From: Saccharolobus islandicus REY15A
Lineage (GTDB): Archaea > Thermoproteota > Thermoprotei_A > Sulfolobales > Sulfolobaceae
Length of the DNA stretch: 64,000 bases
Strand: one strand, 5' to 3'
Assembly: GCF_000189555.1 (NCBI RefSeq)
Contig: NC_017276.1
Both the position numbers and the translations under genes were made by a program. This document shows positions 10,371 to 20,785 of the stretch, in pieces. Within the stretch, counting starts at the first letter, position 1. Each line of letters starts with the position of its first letter. Below the pieces are notes generated by a model that made no database searches, had not been told where the DNA came from, and saw nothing but the letters and a program-made list of their open reading frames with translations.

Positions 10371-11528
10371 TTATTGATTTCCTTTTTTTATACCATTTTC
10401 TTTAAATTTCGGTATTAGATTGATTGGATAAGATTGCCTTATATTCCATTTGTCAGTCTTAAATGGTTCTCCATCTATTGTAATTACTCTTTCAGCTACG
10501 ATATCACAATATTTACATTCCTTGCAACTTCTCGTATCGCAATCGTTGGTAAGGAAGAACTTTATCCATCCCTCAGGGAACTTTGTATTGTCTATCTTCA
10601 CTTTAGTTAGTACAGAATAGGATGATGGCCCATTAACCATCTGAATAGCCTTTGTTGCCGCTCTCCCTTGAGGGTAGCTAACAAGATCTAAGAGATCTCC
10701 TTCATACCTTCTCTCAGCAAAAGCCTTAACCACGTTCAATATCCATTCTGTCTTTTTATTTCTCCCAGCGATCTTAAACCTATTTATCCCTATCTCCTCA
10801 TAGTATTTTATATCCTCTGGCCTAATCCACCTACTCCTTATCAAATTTACTGGATCGTTTAAGACATCAGTTGCACATAATAATATAGGATACTCAAACC
10901 AAACGTCATTCACTCCGTTTACCATAGAAGTAATTGATGAAATTCCGTCATGTGTAAGCCTAAACGGGCAACCGTAAAGACAAGAATTGTTGAGTATTAA
11001 CTCCACGTCGAATTTATTAGTTTTAGATAATGAAGCAATCTCCTTTAATAATTTGAAATCCCTATTTGCATCCTCATGCATAATAATAGTGTTTACACCT
11101 AAATTCGCATACTCCTCAACTTCCCTCACATTGCGAATTCTAGAAAACGATGAGGCTGATACTTCTAAGTCAGGGTATTCGCTTCTTATTAGCCTAATAA
11201 GAAAGGGTACTGCTATTATGAAACCATCAACTCCTAGACTTACTAACTTGTCGATCTCTTTCATTACTTTACCAATAAATTCTGCATCATATTCCTTGCC
11301 TAATAATGTGTTAGTATTCATTGTGTAAAGGAATTTTATGCCATAAGAGTGTGCTATACTAATGTGATTCTTGAACTGTTCTTCCTTAATATCGGGTATG
11401 ATAAAACCAGCCCTACCGTGTCCAGTTATTGTCCTCTTAAAACTTCCAAAAATGTATTTAACCTCTGGATACTTTTTTAATTCTTCCAATAGGGAATCAT
11501 CGAAATTTGTAGCAACTACCAGCTTCAT
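10371..11528 (-). CDS. Peptidase U32-family Fe-S protein
   Basis: [14 protein letters not shown] and FKIAGR motifs plus C-terminal C-x4-CKECKYC cluster. Confidence 0.85.
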   Translation of the reverse strand: MKLVVATNFDDSLLEELKKYPEVKYIFGSFKRTITGHGRAGFIIPDIKEEQFKNHISIAHSYGIKFLYTMNTNTLLGKEYDAEFIGKVMKEIDKLVSLGVDGFIIAVPFLIRLIRSEYPDLEVSASSFSRIRNVREVEEYANLGVNTIIMHEDANRDFKLLKEIASLSKTNKFDVELILNNSCLYGCPFRLTHDGISSITSMVNGVNDVWFEYPILLCATDVLNDPVNLIRSRWIRPEDIKYYEEIGINRFKIAGRNKKTEWILNVVKAFAERRYEGDLLDLVSYPQGRAATKAIQMVNGPSSYSVLTKVKIDNTKFPEGWIKFFLTNDCDTRSCKECKYCDIVAERVITIDGEPFKTDKWNIRQSYPINLIPKFKENGIKKGNQ

Positions 11529-11642
11529 ATGATATCAGACTTTTTCCATTTAAATAAGATTGGCTAAGGAAAAACATGTGGGAAATAGTTTAACGGGGTT
11601 TATTAGGAAAAAGTTATTTAGGAACTTCACACCCAGAGGTCG

Positions 11643-12446
11643 TTATTTCCCTTTAAATACTGGTCTCCTTTTTTCAAAGAACGCCCTAGCTCCCTCCTTA
11701 GCGTCTTCTGACGCTAACGCTTGGTTTTGCATTTCCCTTTCTAGGGCAAACGCAGTATACCAAGGTAAATCCATTCCTTCGTTTACCGCTAATTTCGTAA
11801 ATCCTACAGCTAATGATGGACCTTTAGCCACTTGTCTTGCAAATTCAAAGGACTCTTCAAATAGTTTTTCGGGTTCTATTAATCTGTCCAATATTCCGAG
11901 TTCATAGGCCTCTTTAGGAGAGAGTGTCTTTCCGGTTACCATTAAGTATATTGCCTTAGATCTACCCACTAACCTAGCTAAAAACTGTGTTCCACCCTCT
12001 CCTGGTATTAGGGCCAAATTGGCTACTTCCGGCATACCAAATTTTATATTTTCATCGTTAGCTCCAAATCTTAAATCACTCGCCAACGCAAGTTCTAATC
12101 CACCTCCCATACAATGCCCGTTTATGCTAGCAATTATTAGTTTCTTAGTGGACATCATCCTAAGCATAACCTCCTTACTAAACTGACTCGATAATCCAAT
12201 ATACTCGGGGGACTTATCCTTTATTTCATTTATATCAAATCCTGCAGAGAAGAACCTAGGAATATTACTAGTTATGAGTATGGCTTTAACGTTTTGGTCG
12301 AATCTCGATTCAACTATTATATTATCTAATTCCCTCAACATCTCAAGATTATGTGCGTTTGCTGGAGGTCTATTTAATTTAATAATTCCTACTCCGTCTT
12401 CGACTTCTATTTTGAAGTACTTTGGATTTAACTCACTTAAGCCCAT
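11643..12446 (-). CDS. Enoyl-CoA hydratase/isomerase (crotonase family)
   Basis: FSAGFDI, GHCMGGGLELALASD, FGMPEV..LIPGEGGTQ. Start ATG 12446 follows GGTGAG; GTG 12455 is an alternative. Confidence 0.92.
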   Translation of the reverse strand: MGLSELNPKYFKIEVEDGVGIIKLNRPPANAHNLEMLRELDNIIVESRFDQNVKAILITSNIPRFFSAGFDINEIKDKSPEYIGLSSQFSKEVMLRMMSTKKLIIASINGHCMGGGLELALASDLRFGANDENIKFGMPEVANLALIPGEGGTQFLARLVGRSKAIYLMVTGKTLSPKEAYELGILDRLIEPEKLFEESFEFARQVAKGPSLAVGFTKLAVNEGMDLPWYTAFALEREMQNQALASEDAKEGARAFFEKRRPVFKGK

Positions 12447-12455
12447 CAGTCTCAC

Positions 12456-12638
12456 CTAATATACCCTTCTATTCCTATTTATATCTGGTAACTCTAAACC
12501 TAGAGGAGTAATTAGTTCTTTAATATCCTTAATGTATAACTGTCTCATTTCATCATTCCTCATTTTCTTTATCCCATACTTGTATGCCAAATCTATTGTA
12601 ATCGACTTAGAGTGGCCAAACATGTCCAAGCCTCTAGG
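12456..12638 (-). pseudogene. 3' remnant of a PaaA-like aromatic-CoA ring epoxidase subunit
   Basis: Manual translation PRGLDMFGHSKSITIDLAYKYGIKKMRNDEMRQLYIKDIKELITPLGLELPDINRNRRVY-stop; resembles the PaaA C-terminus (MFG..IK..NDELRQ..LG..PD); not in the ORF track. Confidence 0.7.
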
Positions 12639-12945
12639 AGAACCTAAGGGACTAGTAGAAAAATGTTGGAATTTATCTGAAGTTGAACAAGCTTATAGAG
12701 CGTTCTTAGAAAAGTGGAATGGAGTACTAGAAAAGGTAAGTAGTCTAAAAAGTAATGAGGCGTTCGTAACTAGGATACTACTTGTCCACGAATATAGAAA
12801 ATTTTTAAACATTGATTCAGATTTACCTGAGGATTTATTACCTCCAAATTGGATAGGGTATACAGCATATGATCTATTTATGAAATTAAGGGAGGAACTT
12901 ACTCCTAAGGCTAACGAGTTCTTTTATAAGGTTTATGAACCGTGA
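12637..12945 (+). pseudogene. paaX: 3' remnant of PaaX-family repressor (C-terminal domain only)
   Basis: CWNLSEVEQAY..F, LLVHEYRKFL..D..LP..LLPPNW.G..A..LF is the PaaX C-terminal signature; N-terminal wHTH absent. Confidence 0.85.
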
Positions 12946-12982
12946 AACATTTTTATCCCCTCACATCATCTATTAAAATAAC

Positions 12983-13669
12983 ATGTGTAGAATGTTAGCA
13001 TACCGTGGAGATGATAAGGAGTACTTAAAGAGACTTACGAATTGCCTAGCTAAGGCATCACTAAATGACCCATTAACCAATGAAACCCATGGGGATGGCT
13101 GGGGAATTGTGGCAATTGCTAGTAATAATTTAATACATTACAGAAGCCATCTCCCAATATTTAAGGACGAAAATCTAGAGAAAATCCTAAACTTGCTAGA
13201 TGGTGAAATGAAAGTAATAATTCACGCTAGGCAAGCCAGTGATAAGAGATTAATCTCCCCCTATTATTCCCATCCTTATTTAGAAAGTACTCCAAAATCA
13301 ATACTATTCTTAGCCCATAATGGTAGTGTCGATAAATACAAATTGGGTAATGTACTAGGAATAGACCCCATGCTAATGGTAGACTCAGAACTTGTTGCCA
13401 AATATTTTGCAACATACAGTGTTAAAGAAATTGATAAGTTGCAGGACGTTACACAGTCCGCATTAAATCTACTAATCATGGAGATAAATAGGATTGATAG
13501 ATCCTCTACTATCTACTTCTATAACTATTATAGAAAGGATAGAATAAAAAGAAAGGAAGAGTACTATAAGTTATATTTTAATAAAGGTGCTATCTACTCT
13601 TCATCTTTAGCCTATTCTGGTTGTGAAAAAGGTGAGGAGGTTAAGTTCGGGAATCTGGGAGAGCTATAA
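12983..13669 (+). CDS. Class II glutamine amidotransferase (Ntn hydrolase)
   Basis: MCRM N-terminal Cys, HGDGWG, HARQAS, HPY, HNG, DSE motifs. Confidence 0.9.
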   Translation: MCRMLAYRGDDKEYLKRLTNCLAKASLNDPLTNETHGDGWGIVAIASNNLIHYRSHLPIFKDENLEKILNLLDGEMKVIIHARQASDKRLISPYYSHPYLESTPKSILFLAHNGSVDKYKLGNVLGIDPMLMVDSELVAKYFATYSVKEIDKLQDVTQSALNLLIMEINRIDRSSTIYFYNYYRKDRIKRKEEYYKLYFNKGAIYSSSLAYSGCEKGEEVKFGNLGEL

Positions 13670-13927
13670 TGAGTAACATTTTACTGAGGATACTCTGGAG
13701 TTAGGTTTTAACTAGAGTATCTTTGGAAGAGGCTAGAAATATGAACGCTAAATTTAGTATTTACGCTAAAAATAGGGAAGGTGTCGCAACAGTAGATCTA
13801 GATAGAATAATTGAGGCAAGAATATGATGAGGGACCAGTAATTATAGTTAATGGTGGTTTAGGAAGTAAGGAGCTCATAAAGGATAAGGGTTTTGGCGTT
13901 AAGGATTGGGAGGAAGCCTTGGATAGT

Positions 13928-15247
13928 GTGAACTACCACGCCCTAACGGACGTGGCTTCCTGCTTCACAGCCGAGGCTTGCCAAAGGTAGAGGTCTCAGC
14001 TCCACAGGCACTAAGGGTCGTTCCGACCCCGATCTACTCAGAATATTAAGAGAAGCATTATAATCACGATCTACAGTCCAACCGCAGGAAGGACAGACAA
14101 ACACACGATCAGCCAAAGCCAAGTCCTTCTTAACGTAACCGCACCTAGCACAAATCATTGAAGTAAAAGCAGGATTAACAAAACGAATCTCCTTACCATA
14201 CTTCCCAACTTGATACTCCATAATACTCCTAAACTCATGAAAAGCAACATCATGTAACCTCATCCTCAGCCTTCTGAGAGACTTACCAACAATTTGCTTA
14301 ACATGAATATCCTCCATTACGAGAACATCATAATGCTCAGCAAAATACTTCCCCAGTTTCATGTACATATCCATCCTCAAGTTCTTCAAGTACTCATAAG
14401 CCCTTGCAAGCTTAATCTTCGCCTTAAACCAGTTGTGTGACAAGAACTTCTTCCTTGAAAGAGCTTTATGAAGTCTCTTCATCTTGTTGAGTGCCTTCTC
14501 GTAAGGCCTCATGTTTGGCACGTATTCCCCGTCAGAGGTAGTGAGAAGTTTCTCTACACCAACGTCCACAGCAACAACTTTGTTTGTCTTGGGGAGTTGA
14601 GGATACTCTTGATCCACAACGAAAGTGATGTACAATCTGCCTGAAGGTGCCAGCTTGACTACTACCCTCTCCACTTTTTCCAGTTGGAAATCCCTATGAA
14701 CAACGACGTTGAAGATACCTAGGTTTGAAAGCTGAAGCGTCATTACCTTCTTCTTGTTCTTCTTGCTTTTCGTCCTTATTTCTCTCACCTTCATGACTTT
14801 CCAACCTGACTGAGGGTAGACTAGTGAGTACCACTTGTGTGCTTTCTTTTCCTTGGGGAAGTGTGCTAACCCTTCGAAGAACCTCTGTCTAGCGTCGTAG
14901 AATCTGTCTGCGATCTGTTGTAGTGTTTGGGAATATAGATGTTGATATTGTTTATCCTGTTTTCTTAGATCGAGAGCTAGTTGTCTCAACTCCGTCTTAG
15001 TGAGTCCTTTTCCGTCTCTCTCATGAAAATAGATGTCTGCCCAACGTAGGGTGTTGTACACTTCACACGCTAACCTCAATTGGGCTTTTAACGCCCTCAA
15101 TGTTTGTTCGTCAGCGTAAGCTCTAAAGCGTAACCCTACGTCAGACATTAATAGAATATTTGAAAAAGAATTATTTAAATATAAGGGGGCTATCCATCTC
15201 CTCCCTCACGGAAGGGGTCTTTCGCCCCCTTTGAACCCCTTGTTAAG
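13928..15247 (-). mobile_element. IS200/IS605-family tnpB-only element, 1320 bp (ISC1316-like), copy 1
   Basis: Boundaries from comparison with copy 2: right end ..GTTCAC, left-end hairpin CCCCTTCC-GTGA-GGGAGGAG, inserted 3' of TTTAT (15248-15252), no TSD. Confidence 0.92.
13943..15148 (-). CDS. tnpB: RNA-guided endonuclease TnpB
   Basis: RuvC residues VDVG / MED / DRDYNA and CxxC..CxxC zinc ribbon all intact. Confidence 0.95.
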   Translation of the reverse strand: MSDVGLRFRAYADEQTLRALKAQLRLACEVYNTLRWADIYFHERDGKGLTKTELRQLALDLRKQDKQYQHLYSQTLQQIADRFYDARQRFFEGLAHFPKEKKAHKWYSLVYPQSGWKVMKVREIRTKSKKNKKKVMTLQLSNLGIFNVVVHRDFQLEKVERVVVKLAPSGRLYITFVVDQEYPQLPKTNKVVAVDVGVEKLLTTSDGEYVPNMRPYEKALNKMKRLHKALSRKKFLSHNWFKAKIKLARAYEYLKNLRMDMYMKLGKYFAEHYDVLVMEDIHVKQIVGKSLRRLRMRLHDVAFHEFRSIMEYQVGKYGKEIRFVNPAFTSMICARCGYVKKDLALADRVFVCPSCGWTVDRDYNASLNILSRSGSERPLVPVELRPLPLASLGCEAGSHVR

Positions 15248-15533
15248 ATAAATGAGATTTTTGAGGAGGAAAATGAGTTTGAACTCATATATGGGAGATT
15301 GCTAAGAGTTTAAGATGGAAAACCACGCCGAAAGGTTAAAGGAATTGATGGAAGAGGCTAGTTTGCGTTGAGAATAGAGGAGTTAAAACCCAAACCTCCC
15401 TCATTAAGAGAATATCTTAACGTTAAACCTTTAAATTTCCCGTCTATATTATTCCTATTTTAAAACATACATTAACTTAAGGTATTTTAACAGATTTCCT
15501 AAAATAAATGAATGATATACCAAACTACTAAAG

Positions 15534-15842
15534 GTGGAATATGATGACATTACTTCAGCCTATGAGAGTAAGGGTAACAAGATTGTGGTTGACGCAGTTA
15601 CTTTAGACTCTCTTGGCCTAAAAAAGGTAAATTTATTAAAGATTGATGTCGAGCGTGGTGAATTGGAAGTATTGAAAGGAACCACGAATACCTTAGATAT
15701 AACTGATAAAATTTTGATAGAAGTTAGGAAGGAGTTAGAAAAAGATATAAACTCGTTATTACGTGCAAAGGGATTTAAACTAGTTAAAGTCGACATGACT
15801 TATGATAATATTGGAAATTTCTTATATAAGAGAGCTTCATAG
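15534..15842 (+). pseudogene. FkbM-family methyltransferase C-terminal fragment
   Basis: VDAVTLDSL..LLKIDVE.GELEVLKG motif; N-terminal SAM-binding half missing. Confidence 0.7.
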
Positions 15843-15959
15843 CAATTATTGAATAGTTAAAACACTTTTTATATATTACATTCATCTAAGATTTAGTATT
15901 TCTATGAAAATACATAGCCTTATAGTTAACTTTTTAACTATCACATTCTAATATCCCTC

Positions 15960-17627
15960 ATGGATCTATCGAAGCTACTGGAACCAATAAGAATTGGAGA
16001 TATTGTTTTAAAGAATAGAATAGCCATGTCCCCAATGATCAGTAATCTAGGTACGCCGGAGGGTTATCCTAGTGATGCTCATATAGCTTACTTAGCTGAG
16101 AGAGCTAAGGGAGGAGTTGGGTTAATAATAACAGAATACACATACGTTAATCACGTAGACGCTAGGGGATCAGTTAACGAACTGGGAATGTATTCAGATG
16201 AGTTAACGCCAAAGTTCATGAGGTTAACTGAGTTAATTCACGCTTTGGGAAGTAAGATTTTTGTGCAACTAGTTCACGTTGGTAGGAAGACTAGAAAGGA
16301 TATAATTTGGGGTAACAAACCAATAGCCCCTTCTCCCATTCCCATAATGGACGAAGTAAGGGAGATGACTAAGGAGGATATAGAGAGGGTTAAAAACGAT
16401 TTCATAGACGCATCAATAAGAGCTAAGAGGGCTGGATTTGACGGAATAGAACTTCATGGAGCTCATGGGTATCTATTAGCCCAATTCTTATCTCCCGCGA
16501 CAAATAAGAGGAATGATGAGTACAAAGATGGTGTAAGGTTTATAGAGGAAATCCTTAAGGGCATAAAGGAAAAAGCTAAAATCACTGTAGGTATAAGAAT
16601 CAGTGTAACCGAATTCGACAATGAGGGCTTAACTCCAGAAATTGTTGCTGAAATAGGTAAAAAGTTGGAGAAGGCTGGGATAGATTACATTCACTTATCA
16701 GCTGGAAGAGATGGTCCTTTAGGTTCCAGCATGCCATACTACCATAAGAGATTGGCATTTCTTGAAGAGGCAAAGGTAGTAAGGGATGCAGTTAATATTC
16801 CAATATTTCTTGTTGGATCTGTGATAACTCCAGTAGATGCGATTAAGGCGAGAGAAATTGCTGACGTCGTTGTATTAGGAAGACAATTATTAGCCGATCC
16901 CTATTGGCTAGAGAAAGCGAAAAGAGATCTACCAATAAGACCATGTATTAGGTGTAATCAATCATGTAGAGGAGTTGTATATAAAGAGGTAAGATGTGAT
17001 GTCAACCCTGAATTAGGATGGGAGTTGTTACCACCATTAGAGAAGGGCAAGGGAGGGGTTATCGTGGTGGGAGGAGGTGTAATGGGGTTAGAAGCTGCTA
17101 GAGTCTTAGCTTTGAGGGGCTTCACGGTAACCTTATATGAGCAAAACAATAAGTTAGGAGGACAGTTCCTACTTTACAAGGATCCTTGGAAAGTTAAGGA
17201 GTTCCAAGAGTTAATTAATTACTATGAGAGGGAGTTAAAGAGACTTAATGTTGAGGTTAAGCTTAACTCTAAGATTGAGTGCTCTGACTGTATAATGGCT
17301 ATACCTGACTATGAAATACCTAAAATGCCCGACGTCAAGGGAGAAAAATTGCTGATAGATTCTAACCTTTACGTTTATCATGACTATGCGTTTGAGCTAG
17401 CTAAATATAATGAGATTTACATTACTGAGAGATCGTTTAAGGGATTGGATAGAACTAGGGAGTACCTCCTAAGAAAGGAGTTAAGTGAAGTTGGTGTGAA
17501 GTTCTTAGAGGAAAAAAATAGTATGAGGTTTGACGTGGAAATACATAATATTGTCGATGACCAGCCGAGTATTGGTAAGGCTATACAAAGAGGTTATTGG
17601 TTAGGTAGAACTTTCAAGTCATATTAA
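15960..17627 (+). CDS. NADH:flavin oxidoreductase (Old Yellow Enzyme/BaiCD-like, Fe-S)
   Basis: LKNRIAMSPM, GFDGIELHGAHGYLL.QFLSP..N.R.D.Y, CIRCNQSC..C, GGGVMGLEAA. Confidence 0.92.
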   Translation: MDLSKLLEPIRIGDIVLKNRIAMSPMISNLGTPEGYPSDAHIAYLAERAKGGVGLIITEYTYVNHVDARGSVNELGMYSDELTPKFMRLTELIHALGSKIFVQLVHVGRKTRKDIIWGNKPIAPSPIPIMDEVREMTKEDIERVKNDFIDASIRAKRAGFDGIELHGAHGYLLAQFLSPATNKRNDEYKDGVRFIEEILKGIKEKAKITVGIRISVTEFDNEGLTPEIVAEIGKKLEKAGIDYIHLSAGRDGPLGSSMPYYHKRLAFLEEAKVVRDAVNIPIFLVGSVITPVDAIKAREIADVVVLGRQLLADPYWLEKAKRDLPIRPCIRCNQSCRGVVYKEVRCDVNPELGWELLPPLEKGKGGVIVVGGGVMGLEAARVLALRGFTVTLYEQNNKLGGQFLLYKDPWKVKEFQELINYYERELKRLNVEVKLNSKIECSDCIMAIPDYEIPKMPDVKGEKLLIDSNLYVYHDYAFELAKYNEIYITERSFKGLDRTREYLLRKELSEVGVKFLEEKNSMRFDVEIHNIVDDQPSIGKAIQRGYWLGRTFKSY

Positions 17628-17837
17628 AAACATTTCATCACGTTTTTTCAGTCCTGGCCACTTTAATCACTCAAATGACATATTGTGTTAACTCTTTTTA
17701 AAACTTATGAAGAATATGGTCGGAAACGACTATTTTATTTTGCTAATTATCAGACCAAACACAATATTTGCTCAACAAAACAACGATATAAATAAGAAAA
17801 ACAAAAAGAATTTAGCTTTTATTACTCATTCATTAGC

Positions 17838-18038
<201 letters not shown>

Positions 18039-18241
18039 TCAAGATATCCTTATGTTATTCTCTTAAATATACTTTACGGTTTTAACTCAAGTATAACTTA
18101 AGGTAATATCATAAGACTAAAAAGAGTTAATCCTTTAAGAGAAGAATATAACTTATTTTCAGAAATATAGGTTCTAAATAACAAACATTCAAAAAACTTG
18201 ATTTAGAAGAAGATAGAAATTTAAAAAGGTTTTAGTTAAGG

Positions 18242-18436
18242 TTAGGAATACCAGATCCAACCATAATAAGATTTCTTTTCTTTTTGCAATGAACGCCACT
18301 CTTCTGGAAACTCATTTCTCAAGTATTCCTCTGGTAATCTAGCCATGTCGTAAGTAATGGGAGTGTTAACTCTAGAATTGTCATTCTTTTTATCTTCTTT
18401 CTTGTGACTAATTTTGAGACCTATCATATATTTCAC
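18242..18436 (-). CDS. Small hypothetical protein
   Basis: 64-aa ORF in a gene-sized gap with AT-rich upstream region. Confidence 0.45.
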   Translation of the reverse strand: MKYMIGLKISHKKEDKKNDNSRVNTPITYDMARLPEEYLRNEFPEEWRSLQKEKKSYYGWIWYS

Positions 18437-18589
18437 CCTAACTATATATAAGTCTTCTAATTTATAAACTTATCTAACATAAGTTAAAAGGGTTAAAACG
18501 TATAAAACCTTAGGAATACTTTCCCATCTTCAATGAATAATACTTTCAGTGTACTGGATCTAATTCTTTTTTGAAGAAACGATAATGAG

Positions 18590-18808
18590 ATGTACCCATA
18601 CTTGATTGGAATAACTAGGAACACTTATTATATAGCGATGGAATCTGAGAGGAACCCATTAGAGTCATACCTAGTAAGGATAGTATACAAGGATAAAAGC
18701 GTAATCAATTATTCGTGTAGTTGCAAGGGATTTGCAATGAGAGGAAAATGCAAACACATAGCAATTGCTAAAAATAAGGTGAGATTTATAAGCGAGGAGA
18801 GGGTATGA
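18590..18808 (+). CDS. SWIM zinc-finger protein
   Basis: YSCSCKGFAMRGKCKH (CxC-x7-CxH). Confidence 0.8.
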   Translation: MYPYLIGITRNTYYIAMESERNPLESYLVRIVYKDKSVINYSCSCKGFAMRGKCKHIAIAKNKVRFISEERV

Positions 18809-19332
18809 ATCTTGTGAGGCTCAGAACCCATTACATCTTCTCAACTGGTTTATTGACGTTTCTGGACTCTGTACTCTTTCATGAATATTTTTATTACGCT
18901 TTAATCTTGAGCGGAATGGTTTCGGTAATAGGTAATTCCTTGATTGATAGGATTGGCCATAAGGAGATTGCCACTAGGTATGGGTATATTCCGGTAAGGA
19001 CACCTTTAACCCATACAATTCCTAGAAGTGTAGTTTGGGGTATTGTCTCTATAATCCCAGTCTTTATCCTCTTATTGATTTATTATGGGTTTAGCTATCA
19101 CGAGTACTATTTCTCCCTTAGCAATAAAGTACTGTTGTTAATATTGTTAAATGGTGTAGTTGTTGGGCCCTCTCACTTGCTCTTGGACGTATTTACGGAA
19201 AGAGGAATTTACGTTAAAAAATACGGTAGATGGAAAAGATTTGCCTTGGCACATTTCAGATATGATAACCCCTTAGCAAACGGTTTAGCAATAATAGCTG
19301 GTGCCGTAATGATATATCTGGCTTATCTCTGA
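18805..19332 (+). CDS. DUF1286-like membrane-bound metal-dependent hydrolase
   Basis: LRTHYIFS, IDRIGH, RTPLTH, SHLLLD..TE.GI His/Asp motifs; ATGA overlap with the SWIM gene. Confidence 0.7.
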   Translation: MNLVRLRTHYIFSTGLLTFLDSVLFHEYFYYALILSGMVSVIGNSLIDRIGHKEIATRYGYIPVRTPLTHTIPRSVVWGIVSIIPVFILLLIYYGFSYHEYYFSLSNKVLLLILLNGVVVGPSHLLLDVFTERGIYVKKYGRWKRFALAHFRYDNPLANGLAIIAGAVMIYLAYL

Positions 19333-19425
19333 GAGCTTCGCCTTTAAGAAGAAGCTAGTTCTGATATCTTCCACGCCTTAAAAGGCAAGAGTTACGCTTA
19401 TCCATTCGGGTCTACATCTTTAATA

Positions 19426-19995
19426 TTAACTAATTTGTTGCACTACAGCCCATCTCTCCATTAAATTCTTTCCTTCTCTTATTATCTTAAATTGACCAAG
19501 TATTTTCTTCCATTCGTCTCCACTAACATCCATTTTATCCTTTATGAGAAAGCTTCTTGTAACGCTTATGTAAGCTAAACCATTATCCTTTAGAATCCTC
19601 TTAATTTCCTTTATAGAGCCATTGTGGTCCGAAGTACAACACAGCATTAGGTTAGAGAAAACAAAGTCAATACTTTTATCTTTAATAAATTCCAGTTTTT
19701 GAGCTGGAGCTACATACGGTATAACGTTATTCAAAGACAACTTTTGGACTTTTTCCTTTAATCTTCTTATTGCCCTCTCGTCAGGGTCTACTGCGTAAAC
19801 GGTTTTCACAATTCTAGCGAGGATTGTAGTGAAGAACCCAGGACCACATCCCAAATCCACTACCGTGTAGTCTTCTTTTAGATATTTCATGAATCTTGAT
19901 AGTATCCTATTAGGAGGTGAAACCAGAGACCTTAAAGGATTATCAAGAACTAGTGGATTAATGTATCTATCGTTTTTGCTCATTAGTGTGTACAT
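19426..19995 (-). CDS. Class I SAM-dependent methyltransferase
   Basis: [21 protein letters not shown]. Confidence 0.85.
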   Translation of the reverse strand: MYTLMSKNDRYINPLVLDNPLRSLVSPPNRILSRFMKYLKEDYTVVDLGCGPGFFTTILARIVKTVYAVDPDERAIRRLKEKVQKLSLNNVIPYVAPAQKLEFIKDKSIDFVFSNLMLCCTSDHNGSIKEIKRILKDNGLAYISVTRSFLIKDKMDVSGDEWKKILGQFKIIREGKNLMERWAVVQQIS

Positions 19996-20075
19996 TTCTC
20001 TCTATATAATTAAATTTTTTCCCAATATTTAAAGGGGAACAAAAGTATATAACCTTAAAAATTAGTGAAAAACAC

Positions 20076-20714
20076 GTGTATAGAGCGATTTTCGTAGACT
20101 TTGGAAACACGCTAGTTGGTTTTAAACCAGCATTTTATGAGAAATTACAAACTATTCTGAGAGAACACGGTTATGATGTTGACATTAGAAGGGTCTTCAG
20201 AGCCTATGTAAAAGCCATGGCTGTTAATAACTATTCCCAACCAACTGATATTAAGGAATTCCTATATAATTTGAATATTCCTCCGAGTGATAGATTGATC
20301 AGCCATATAAGGGGTTCTGATATAAGGGACGGGGAAGCGTTCATATATGATGATGTGATGGAATTTTTAGAAACTATTAGAAGTACCAACACCAAATTAA
20401 TCTTATTAAGCAACTCATCACCTAGGACCAAAAAGTTGTTGGAGGAATTGGGATTAGTAAAGTACTTTGATGACTTAGTCTTATCTCACGAGATTGGTAT
20501 TGTTAAGCCTAATCCTAAAATCTTCGCCATTGCAATTTCAAAGGGAGGATATCCAGCTTTGCATATAGGGGATATATATGAAATTGATTACGTGGGAGCT
20601 AGGAGAAGCTATGTAGATGCGATATTGTTGGACAGATACGACTTTTATCCAGAGATCAAGGAAAAGGTAAGGAATTTAAGAGAGATAATTCCAATGGTCA
20701 CGAAAAATCTCTAA
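20076..20714 (+). CDS. HAD-superfamily hydrolase
   Basis: DFGNTLV (motif I variant), LSN, KPNP.IF, HIGD..E.D. Confidence 0.9.
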   Translation: MYRAIFVDFGNTLVGFKPAFYEKLQTILREHGYDVDIRRVFRAYVKAMAVNNYSQPTDIKEFLYNLNIPPSDRLISHIRGSDIRDGEAFIYDDVMEFLETIRSTNTKLILLSNSSPRTKKLLEELGLVKYFDDLVLSHEIGIVKPNPKIFAIAISKGGYPALHIGDIYEIDYVGARRSYVDAILLDRYDFYPEIKEKVRNLREIIPMVTKNL

Positions 20715-20785
20715 ATTTCAAGTAGATATTACCAAAAGTAAACTATATAGTTTATAATATCAATATAGGAAATCCTTTTAAATAT

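Larger units (their letters stand above)
13832..15371 (+). pseudogene. Decayed glycosyltransferase C-terminal fragment interrupted by IS
   Basis: GPVIIVNGGLGSKELIKD..KDWEEALDS joins in frame to INEIFEEENE after removing 13928-15247; a shifted frame later reads ENHAERLKELM, like a GT4 terminal helix. Confidence 0.5.

Noticed and set aside
11560-11907. Short opposite-strand or alternate-frame ORFs in the track (e.g. 445-645, 1131-1448, 6584-6832, 11560-11907, 17707-17934, 60673-60967)
   Set aside because: They lie within or antisense to well-supported genes and have no motifs; shadow ORFs
12532-12945. 137-aa ORF as an intact gene
   Set aside because: Its first ~35 codons are the antisense of the paaA-like remnant; only the PaaX tail is genuine
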